10,174 nucleotides of DNA from Candidatus Dadabacteria bacterium (GCA_040289575.1 PSLL01000009.1:23227-33400); one strand, 5' to 3'. Counted from the first letter of the stretch, positions 1-6,886 are shown. Notes: a model not told the origin generated them from the letters alone. Translations and numbers: made by a program.

Positions 1-1
1 T

Positions 2-343
2 TATCCAATAGAACATATCCTTCCGATAATCGAGGAGTTTGATTTTAAGCTCTGTCTTGATATTAGTCATGCTCTTAGGTGTTCAGATAACTGGGAGGAG
101 ATATTTGATAAAAACTCAGGCAGAATAAGAGTAATCCATTTCTATGGACCTGAGACAGAAGGAGGGAGGCATGCCGGACTTCAGAATGCGGAAAGGAATT
201 TTGTAAGATCGGTTATAGATAAAATCATGTCTTCGGGTTTCTCAGGGATTCTCACACTCGAGGTTTTTGGAGCAGACGATTTCTTTGAGTCAAAAAGAAT
301 AATCGATGAGGAGATCTCTAGTTGGGGAAAAAGGTTCTCATAA
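2..343 (+). CDS. cbiR: 3' part of an AP-endonuclease-2 / xylose-isomerase-like TIM-barrel protein, probably cobamide-remodelling phosphodiesterase CbiR (5'-truncated by window edge)
   Basis: Not in the ORF track. Frame 2 is open from base 2 to TAA at 341-343: YPIEHILPIIEEFDFKLCLDISHALRCSDNWEEIFDKNSGRIRVIHFYGPETEGGRHAGLQNAERNFVRSVIDKIMSSGFSGILTLEVFGADDFFESKRIIDEEISSWGKRFS*. It carries the C-terminal metal-site pattern of the AP endonuclease 2 fold (CLDxxH ... IH ... RH ... TLEVF) and overlaps cobU by 22 nt. The fold call is good; the CbiR call also relies on context. Confidence 0.6.
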   Translation, partial: YPIEHILPIIEEFDFKLCLDISHALRCSDNWEEIFDKNSGRIRVIHFYGPETEGGRHAGLQNAERNFVRSVIDKIMSSGFSGILTLEVFGADDFFESKRIIDEEISSWGKRFS

Positions 344-834
344 CAGGCGGAATAAAGAGCGGAAAGAGCCGATTTGCTCTAGAGCTTGCAAGAGGAATAG
401 AAGAGGCAGAAAAAATCTTTATAGCCACGGCTCGCCCGATAGACACAGAGATAGAGAATAAGATAGAAAAACACAGGAAAGAACGCGGAAATGATTTTAA
501 AACCGTTGAGAAAGCGATTCACCTCGGAGACACTTTAAAAAGAATAAATCCAAAAACCGCTATTATAGACTGCCTTACACTCTGGCTTTCGAATCTCTTT
601 TTTGAGGTTTCAGAAACGGAAAGATTATCAGAGATAGAAAACTTTATTGGAGAACTAAATAAATTTGGCGGAAATGTAATAATCGTAACAAACGAGGTCG
701 GATGTGGGATTATTCCACAGGATGAAACCTCAAGAAGCTATCAATCGGAACTCGGAATTCTTAACCAAAGGACAGCCCAAATCTGCGATGAGGTGTATAT
801 GATTATTTCGGGTACACCGATGAGAATAAAATGA
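322..834 (+). CDS. cobU: Bifunctional adenosylcobinamide kinase / adenosylcobinamide-phosphate guanylyltransferase (CobU/CobP)
   Basis: P-loop ITGGIKSGKS, IATA, KH-R-x-ER (His of the GMP intermediate), IDCLTLWLSN, VTNEVGCGIIP, GxLNQ. TTG start with SD GAGGAG at 308-313. Confidence 0.93.
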   Translation: MGKKVLITGGIKSGKSRFALELARGIEEAEKIFIATARPIDTEIENKIEKHRKERGNDFKTVEKAIHLGDTLKRINPKTAIIDCLTLWLSNLFFEVSETERLSEIENFIGELNKFGGNVIIVTNEVGCGIIPQDETSRSYQSELGILNQRTAQICDEVYMIISGTPMRIK

Positions 835-841
835 GAAACCG

Positions 842-1906
842 TCATTTCTCTTCCTGTCCTCTTGATACTCCCGCCTCCTCAAATGTCGCCATTTCGTTGT
901 AGGCTTTGACACCGGCCTCGATTATAAACATTCCAATCACAGCCCCTGTTCCTTCTCCAAGGCGCATATCGAGGTTGAGTATTGGCTCAACGCCGAGCTT
1001 TTCTAAAACTAAACCGTGCCCGCCCTCGGCACTAATATGTGAGAAAAAGATATAGTCCTTTACACTTGGACAGAGTTGGAGCGCAACTGTAGCCCCCGCC
1101 GTTGATACAAAACCATCAACTACAACGGGAATATTCTTTGAAGCCGCGCCCAAAATCGCCCCTGCAATCCCCCCGATTTCAAACCCACCGACTTTAGAGA
1201 TGACATCAATTGCATCTCCAGAATCGGGGTTGTGTAATCCCAGTGCATTTTCTACTACCTTAACCTTACGATTCCATGCCTCATTGTCTATTCCAGTGCC
1301 ACGTCCAACTATCTCTTTTGGGTAAAAGCCCGTAAAGGCACACATCACTGCCGCCGAAGAGGATGTGTTTCCTATTCCCATATCCCCTACCGCAATGAAG
1401 TTATATCCACTCTTGATCCTATCTTTGGAGAGTTCTATCCCTATTTCAATACATTTTATAGCCTCATCTCCTGTCATAGCAGGCTCTTTTGCCAAATTTT
1501 TTGTTCCTCTATTTACCTTCTTTATTATCAATCCCTCCATACCCTCAAAATCCCAATCTACCCCAATATCTACAACAAAAACGTCTGCTCCTACGTGTCT
1601 TGAAAGGGCGTTTATACCAGCCCCACCCCGGAGAAAGTTATAGACCATCTCACGAGTTACCTCCTTTGGATATGCGCTGATTCCTTCTTCAACTACGCCG
1701 TGATCGGCCGCAAAGACAAACACGGCTTTTTTGTCCAATCTAGGTTTCCTATCTTCTGTAATCGCTACGACTCGCCTTGCAAAATCCTCCAGCTTTCCGA
1801 GGCTTCCCTTTGGTTTTATGAGACTATCAAGTCGCGCTTGGGCAAGAGCAATATAATCGGCATCCAAAGACCTTATAGAGGAAATAGTTTCCTGAATAAG
1901 TTTCAT
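842..1906 (-). CDS. cobT: Nicotinate-nucleotide--dimethylbenzimidazole phosphoribosyltransferase CobT
   Basis: Motifs KPKGSLGKLE, FAADHGV, GDMGIGNT, GRGTG, VVDGF and MRLGEGTG (catalytic Glu318). SD AGGAG lies inside the queE 3' end; start overlaps the queE stop (ATGA, 1903-1906). Confidence 0.96.
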   Translation of the reverse strand: MKLIQETISSIRSLDADYIALAQARLDSLIKPKGSLGKLEDFARRVVAITEDRKPRLDKKAVFVFAADHGVVEEGISAYPKEVTREMVYNFLRGGAGINALSRHVGADVFVVDIGVDWDFEGMEGLIIKKVNRGTKNLAKEPAMTGDEAIKCIEIGIELSKDRIKSGYNFIAVGDMGIGNTSSSAAVMCAFTGFYPKEIVGRGTGIDNEAWNRKVKVVENALGLHNPDSGDAIDVISKVGGFEIGGIAGAILGAASKNIPVVVDGFVSTAGATVALQLCPSVKDYIFFSHISAEGGHGLVLEKLGVEPILNLDMRLGEGTGAVIGMFIIEAGVKAYNEMATFEEAGVSRGQEEK

Positions 1907-2544
1907 ACCCCTCTCCTGTCTCCCCAGATTATCTTGTGAAGCTGGGGCAAAACCCTAACATTTTCCATTTTGTCATCCAGCACCCTCTGGGCAAGCCATT
2001 CCAGGCTCGTTCCATAGACCGGCTGAAAAACTATATTCGCCCTAATTCGATGTCGTTTTAAAACCCCTTTTGCGTATCTGTAGTCTGTCTCATCCTTGAT
2101 AACGAATTTAAGCTGATCCTTGGGGCGGAGCTTTTCAAATAATTCAAAGTTCATTCTCTCTTCCATTCCCGAACCGGGACACTTGCAATCCATACTTATC
2201 AGAGAGCTATCGGTCCAAAATACGGGTGGAGGTTCTCTGTGCCCGCTCGTTTCAAGCACTATTTCATATCCATCTTGAATTAAATCCTTCGCAAGAGTCT
2301 CAAGTTCTCTTCTTTGAATGAGGGGTTCACCTCCGGTAAAGCAGACCCTTTTGCATTTAAGCCTTTCTATCTCCGCCTTTACCTCTTTAATCGTCATTTC
2401 TCTAAAATCCCTACCCTCAACGGCATACATAGAATCACACCACGTGCATCTAAGATCACATGCAAATAGACGCACAAATACAGTAGGCAATCCGATTTCC
2501 ACACCTTCACCCTGAATTGACAAGAAAATCTCGCTTATTTTCAT
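1903..2544 (-). CDS. queE: 7-carboxy-7-deazaguanine synthase QueE (radical SAM)
   Basis: N-terminal EIFLSIQGEG, VFVRL, radical-SAM CDLRCTWCDS (CxxxCxxC), TGGEPL, ETSG, QLKFVI, C-terminal PQLHKIIW. queC is on the same strand nearby. Confidence 0.93.
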   Translation of the reverse strand: MKISEIFLSIQGEGVEIGLPTVFVRLFACDLRCTWCDSMYAVEGRDFREMTIKEVKAEIERLKCKRVCFTGGEPLIQRRELETLAKDLIQDGYEIVLETSGHREPPPVFWTDSSLISMDCKCPGSGMEERMNFELFEKLRPKDQLKFVIKDETDYRYAKGVLKRHRIRANIVFQPVYGTSLEWLAQRVLDDKMENVRVLPQLHKIIWGDRRGV

Positions 2545-2563
2545 CCTTGTTGTTTTCCCCCCG

Positions 2564-2586
2564 GTAGGGACATGCCGTGCCCCTAC
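2564..2586 (-). repeat. REP-like GTAG-footed palindrome (RAYT-associated type)
   Basis: Minus strand reads GTAGGGGCA-CGGCA-TGTCCCTAC: a 9-bp stem (one G-T pair) with GTAG...CTAC ends, the hallmark of GTAG-family REPs. Only one copy in the window, so its repetitive nature is inferred. Confidence 0.6.
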
Positions 2587-3599
2587 TTGATTGCCAGAAT
2601 GAGCGGCGATGGCGAGGGGACTTCGATTGTGGTGACCCTCTTGAATCCAGCCTCCTTAAGCCAATCGCGGTACTCACGCATGGTGAAAACATCTCCATTC
2701 TCTGTGTGCAAGAGCATGTTTAGACCGAACACTAGAGGAATCTTGGGACCAGTTCGCGTATCGTTGGGGATCATCTCGGCAATCAAAAGCAAACCGCCAT
2801 CCTTCAATGCACTATATGATCTTTTGATCAGTTTCTTGCCCCATTTCTCACCCTCAGAGTGAATTATGTGGCCGAGAATCACAAGGTCATAGCGATTACG
2901 TCCAAAATCCACCTGCCGCAGATTGCCCTCGATGTAATCGTATCTGTCGGCAACCCCGAACTGCTCGGCAAACTGCCTGGTAATCTGTGTCACTTCGGGA
3001 TAATCAACCGCCACGACACGAGCATCGGGAATCGCTTCTGCAAAGGCAATAGAGCAGGCACCAGAGCCAGCCGCGACATCGAGGATATTTCTAATGCGCT
3101 TCTGAGTCCTCTCAGGTAGGGCGGCAACCGCAGCGCGTGCCGCACCGAAGGTCATAGGAAAAATGGCCGCGACGAGTTTTGGGAAAAACTCGCGTCCGCT
3201 CTGCTCCGCATCTACGGTCTCAACAGGACGACCGGTTCTAATCACATCTGTAAGCCGTGACCAATTGTCCCAGATGAGCTTGGTCTCATAGACAAATCCA
3301 CCCATGTAAGATTCTTTGCCACGCACGAGGAAAGTTTTAGATACAGGGCTGAGTCCGTATTTCTCGCCCTTCTTGTTCAAGTACCCCATTGAGACAAGGG
3401 CATCTAGTAGGTGCTCTATGCCACGTTCGGAGGCATTGGCCGCGCGAGCGATTCCTTTCGCCGTTCGTTTGCCCTTTTCTATGTGTGTGAATATATTCAG
3501 CTCAACACCAGCCACAAGCACCTGAGTTTCCCGCGCCGCCCACAGGTCTTGTATGATCCGCTGTGGTGTTACATTCATTTGAGTCGCTTCCTGTGTCAT
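2583..3599 (-). CDS. SAM-dependent O-methyltransferase (Methyltransf_2 type, with N-terminal dimerisation/winged-helix domain)
   Basis: N-terminal AGVELNIFTHI...LLDALVSMGYL dimerisation domain; motif I ILDVAAGSG; acidic residue after beta2 (VAVDYPEV); GNL; DLVILGHIIH; LKDGGLLLIAE; WLKEAGF. SD GAGGTG upstream. Substrate unknown. Confidence 0.9.
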   Translation of the reverse strand: MTQEATQMNVTPQRIIQDLWAARETQVLVAGVELNIFTHIEKGKRTAKGIARAANASERGIEHLLDALVSMGYLNKKGEKYGLSPVSKTFLVRGKESYMGGFVYETKLIWDNWSRLTDVIRTGRPVETVDAEQSGREFFPKLVAAIFPMTFGAARAAVAALPERTQKRIRNILDVAAGSGACSIAFAEAIPDARVVAVDYPEVTQITRQFAEQFGVADRYDYIEGNLRQVDFGRNRYDLVILGHIIHSEGEKWGKKLIKRSYSALKDGGLLLIAEMIPNDTRTGPKIPLVFGLNMLLHTENGDVFTMREYRDWLKEAGFKRVTTIEVPSPSPLILAIK

Positions 3600-3632
3600 C
3601 AGTTTGTCACCTCAATTCATGATTTGAGACCC

Positions 3633-3662
3633 ATTTTATCCATAAGGTCACTTATATTGCAA
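3633..3662 (-). promoter_or_regulatory. Putative sigma70 promoter for methyltransferase-queE-cobT
   Basis: Minus strand TTGCAA (3662-3657) - 18 nt - TAAAAT (3638-3633), ~35 nt before the ATG at 3599. Pattern match only. Confidence 0.3.
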
Positions 3663-3723
3663 AGGGATACTCATCAGAAACTTTATCACTAACAGTCAAT
3701 TCCTATTGGAAAAATGGTACCAA

Positions 3724-4401
3724 TCACCTTTCATACTCCGTTGGGTCCCAAATACCCGCCTCCTGAAACGCCCTTTTCCTCTCTCTGCATGAGCTGCAAA
3801 CGCCGCAGTGTATTTCTCCACCTCTATAACAGGACCATGTCTCTTTGTATGGAACCCCTAGCTCAATTCCCATTTTAATAATCTCGGATTTATTCATATT
3901 CACAAAAGGCGCAGACACAACTAAAAGAGAATTATCATTTGCAAGGCGCTCCGCATACTGAAAAGCATCCACGAACTCGTGCCTGCAATCAGGATAGACG
4001 CCTCTATCTGAATGGTGTGCTCCAAAGAAAACGTGGTTTGCTCCTATGCTTACAGCGTATCCTATGGCTATTGAGAGAAATATTGAATTCCTATTCGGAA
4101 CTATAGTCGTCTTTAGCGTCTCATAGTACTTGGTGGTTTCTGGAACCTCAGGAATTTCGATTTCCCAGTCCGTTAGAGCAGAGCCTGAAAGGATCTCTTT
4201 TAGTGTTGAAATGTCTATAATTCTATGGGCGACGTTCAGGGTATCGCAGACCCTGCGCGCAGACTCAATTTCCCTTTTATGTTTCTGCCCGTACATAAAG
4301 GTGAGGGCATAGGTCTCATAGCCTTCCCGAATCGTTTTATAAATCAGAGTTGAACTGTCTATTCCTCCCGATACAATAATGACAGCCTTCTTTTTCTCCA
4401 T
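3724..4401 (-). CDS. queC: 7-cyano-7-deazaguanine (preQ0) synthase QueC
   Basis: PP-loop SGGIDS, YGQKH, VPNRN, YPDCR, and Zn motif TWSCY..GEIHCGVCSSC..R..AF; canonical 225-aa length. Confidence 0.96.
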   Translation of the reverse strand: MEKKKAVIIVSGGIDSSTLIYKTIREGYETYALTFMYGQKHKREIESARRVCDTLNVAHRIIDISTLKEILSGSALTDWEIEIPEVPETTKYYETLKTTIVPNRNSIFLSIAIGYAVSIGANHVFFGAHHSDRGVYPDCRHEFVDAFQYAERLANDNSLLVVSAPFVNMNKSEIIKMGIELGVPYKETWSCYRGGEIHCGVCSSCRERKRAFQEAGIWDPTEYER

Positions 4402-4419
4402 GACTATTCACTAATATCA

Positions 4420-4448
4420 ATCCTAAATGACTAAAGATCGCCGGGCAA
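4420..4448 (-). promoter_or_regulatory. Putative sigma70 promoter of queC
   Basis: Minus strand TTGCCC (4448-4443) - 17 nt - TAGGAT (4425-4420). Would give a very short (~12 nt) 5' UTR without a clear SD. Pattern match only. Confidence 0.35.
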
Positions 4449-4491
4449 GTTATAAGGATTAGATTTTGAGAAAGAACATAAAACCGATCTT

Positions 4492-6780
4492 CTAAGAGAG
4501 CTTACGAGGACTCATCGGCTCAACAGCCTCTTTACCGGCCGTTTCCGTTTCTTTAGAAGCCTCTCTGTTTTTTAGAACCATATCAAAAAAGTCCACTAAC
4601 CTACTTTCTAATTCATCTACATGTTTGAGCACATCCTGTATTTGACTATCAAGCTCCGCAGCCTCAAGATTAATCTCCTCGCACCTGCGCCACTCTATGA
4701 TGTGTCCCTTTATATGCTCAAAGGCCTCGTGCATCGTTTTCATATCATCGGATATACGGGACACGCTTGCGACAATTGTCTTTCTTTCTCTTTCTTGATT
4801 TATAAGCCCAATCCAAATGAGCGCTCCAATTAACGCTATAAGCAAAATCCCCTGGACAACTGTCGTCTCAATCGTCGGATAGATCCCGAGAATGTCCACC
4901 TGGGGGATGAAATTAAGTGGAGTTATTCCAATTATTCCGGCTTCTTGAAGCCCTCTTACCCCTTTCCCGGCAAGAACAAAGGAGAGGAAATAGAGCAGGA
5001 AGCTCGTGATACTGAAGAAGTATTTAAGCGGAATTCTAAGGCCGAGTTTAAAAATCACCAATACCAAGCCCGCAAGTAGAACAGCCCCTGCAACGAGCCC
5101 CCATATCACTGCGCCCTTAGAGTTATCAGCCTGAAGCCACAGGGCTTGATAAAAAAGTACACTCTCAAACGCCTCTCTATAAACGGCAAAAAATGAAACG
5201 CTTGCAAGCGCAAATACGCTCTCTTTTGAAAGCGCCCTCTTAACCTTACCCTGAATGTAATCCTTCCACTTTTTGACCTCGATTTTCGTAATGAGCCAGT
5301 AGCTCACATAGAAAAGAACCCCAGCCGCAAAAAGAGATGTCACACCCTCTATGGTTTCGCGTTGCGCGCCGCTTATTGATATAACGGTTTGAGCCAAGAA
5401 CCACGTAAGGAGTCCCGCAACAAGAGCCGAAATCCATCCGAGATGCACATACTTAATAGCGCTTTTTGCACCCGTCGCAACGAGGAACGCAAGCACCGCC
5501 GCGACTATTAAAGCCGCCTCAAGCCCCTCGCGTATGAGAATCGCAAATGAGTTTATAAATGAAAGCACCTTGCCAAACGGCTCACTGCTTTGAATTAAAA
5601 CGGAGGCACGCTTGAGGTCGCTTTCAATCTCCCCATGAAGGGCCTTTACCTCTCCAACCGGTCTTTCATCCTTAATCAGTCCCCTAAATTTTACGAACTT
5701 CGCCTCAAGTGAGAGACCGAATCCTTGGTCTCTCGAAATAATCTTAGGCTCTACCTTCTCAAATTCATTAAGATATGCATCAAGTGCTTTATCGTATGCC
5801 CCTTTTTTATCTCCCCGCCCGTAAAGGTCTACCGCCTCATTGAGAATAGAACTCGTTGCGGCTAATGGGTCTTCTTTTTCTTTCTCAATTATCCCCCTTC
5901 TTAGAAAGGCAAGAACCCTGGACAGATCCTTTTCATTGTTGATATACGGCTTAAGCCTATCTGAAATCTCATTATCTGAGAGTGTGGCAAGAACCTTTGG
6001 ATCCTCCATCTCTTGCGGAATATTGGCCACCTTAAATATCTCTTTCCCCTCTTCACTCTCCTTCTGATTAAACCTCAGTGAGAAGACATAAAATGCGATG
6101 TTCCATTTATCATTATCAGAAAGTGTGGGAAATTCAGGCATATCGGTGTTTGCAATACCGAATGTCATTGCATTAAATATCTTAAATGGAGAAAGTCCAC
6201 CCATATTTCCCCCATTTGTAAAGTCTATAGGAGGTGAACTGAGTCCGGAAGCACTGGGGCCATTCCCCGCACCGATTATGCCGTGGCATTCGGCACAGTC
6301 CTTTTCATAGAGGCGCTTTCCCATCTGGAACGAGGGATGATTATTGGGATATGGAGTTATATTATAGGCAGAGATGAGTTTATCACTTATTCCCTTTGAT
6401 ATTAATTCAATCTCTTTATCCGGGGATTTATCTTCCATTGCCTTTTTAAGCCTAATTAAATCGGATTCGATTCCAGCCTTATCCCCACCTGAGGCTTTTA
6501 GCTCAGAAAATAGCTCAATCACATCCGATGAGAATCCGAGCATTTCCTTATATTCCCTTTCATCCACAACCTTCCCGTCCTGAACGGCGTTTTTATAGTC
6601 GCCTCCCATATAGTCAACAATGGAGAGTAATCTTTCTGCCTCCCCAGCGTATGAATTGGAAACAAGGAGAAATAGAAGAAAAAGAACCGTATAGAGAAAG
6701 GCCATAACCCTAAAGCTGATTTTAGATTTAATGTGTTTTCCTAAGAAATTCCTGCTTAAGCTCCCGCTATATATCCCCAT
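4492..6780 (-). CDS. Cytochrome c / FTR1-family iron permease (PbrT-type) with extra C-terminal extension
   Basis: Signal peptide ending ...SNSYA/GE; DY motifs; heme-c site CAECH (6283-6297) with a probable distal Met (TDMPEF); FTR1 transmembrane domain with both REXXE motifs (REGLE, REAFE). The true start could instead be the ATG at 6705 (MAFLYTV...). Confidence 0.92.
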   Translation of the reverse strand: MGIYSGSLSRNFLGKHIKSKISFRVMAFLYTVLFLLFLLVSNSYAGEAERLLSIVDYMGGDYKNAVQDGKVVDEREYKEMLGFSSDVIELFSELKASGGDKAGIESDLIRLKKAMEDKSPDKEIELISKGISDKLISAYNITPYPNNHPSFQMGKRLYEKDCAECHGIIGAGNGPSASGLSSPPIDFTNGGNMGGLSPFKIFNAMTFGIANTDMPEFPTLSDNDKWNIAFYVFSLRFNQKESEEGKEIFKVANIPQEMEDPKVLATLSDNEISDRLKPYINNEKDLSRVLAFLRRGIIEKEKEDPLAATSSILNEAVDLYGRGDKKGAYDKALDAYLNEFEKVEPKIISRDQGFGLSLEAKFVKFRGLIKDERPVGEVKALHGEIESDLKRASVLIQSSEPFGKVLSFINSFAILIREGLEAALIVAAVLAFLVATGAKSAIKYVHLGWISALVAGLLTWFLAQTVISISGAQRETIEGVTSLFAAGVLFYVSYWLITKIEVKKWKDYIQGKVKRALSKESVFALASVSFFAVYREAFESVLFYQALWLQADNSKGAVIWGLVAGAVLLAGLVLVIFKLGLRIPLKYFFSITSFLLYFLSFVLAGKGVRGLQEAGIIGITPLNFIPQVDILGIYPTIETTVVQGILLIALIGALIWIGLINQERERKTIVASVSRISDDMKTMHEAFEHIKGHIIEWRRCEEINLEAAELDSQIQDVLKHVDELESRLVDFFDMVLKNREASKETETAGKEAVEPMSPRKLS

Positions 6781-6814
6781 ATATCTATGGCTCTATGGAT
6801 TTAGATTTTTTAAA

Positions 6815-6831
6815 TTGAAAATAAATTTCAA
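6815..6831. promoter_or_regulatory. Fur box
   Basis: TTGAAAAT-A-AATTTCAA: a 7-1-7 inverted repeat (TGAAAAT/AATTTCA, one mismatch) resembling the Fur consensus TGATAAT-n-ATTATCA and its TGAAAAT-n-ATTTTCA variant. It covers the predicted transcription start of an iron permease gene. Confidence 0.75.
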
Positions 6832-6835
6832 ATTG

Positions 6836-6863
6836 AGATTACCATGTAAAAAAACGGTGTCAA
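6836..6863 (-). promoter_or_regulatory. Sigma70 promoter of the FTR1 gene
   Basis: Minus strand: perfect TTGACA (6863-6858) - 16 nt - TAATCT (6841-6836), with TG-n just upstream (extended -10). Predicted TSS ~6830, inside the Fur box. Confidence 0.6.
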
Positions 6864-6886
6864 GAAAGGCAGACTATTTGAAAAAA

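Noticed and set aside
3630..3680. CTGATGAG on the minus strand (3677-3670), resembling a hammerhead ribozyme core, followed by a possible TATCC/GGATA stem
   Set aside because: The required C-GAAA after stem II is absent (reads GGATAAAAT), and no stems I/III with a cleavage triplet could be built.
2545..3723. Cobalamin riboswitch ahead of the cobT-containing unit
   Set aside because: The intergenic gaps (38 and 124 bp) lack a B12-box or GGGAA..GGTG core; one could still lie upstream of cbiR, outside the window.
1903..4401. queC/queE as part of a DNA 7-deazaguanine modification (dpd) or Qat-type anti-phage system
   Set aside because: Both proteins are canonical in size and motifs, and no dpdA/tgt-like, ATPase, TatD or helicase genes are in the window.
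4402..4491. preQ1 riboswitch expected upstream of queC
   Set aside because: No class-I-like stem-loop with an A-rich 3' tail is visible, and the predicted 5' UTR is only ~12 nt.
6784..6810. Short direct repeat TCTATGG x2 and recurring GATTTAGATTT-like words
   Set aside because: Too short and AT-rich to exceed chance; no spacer structure, so not CRISPR or iteron-like.
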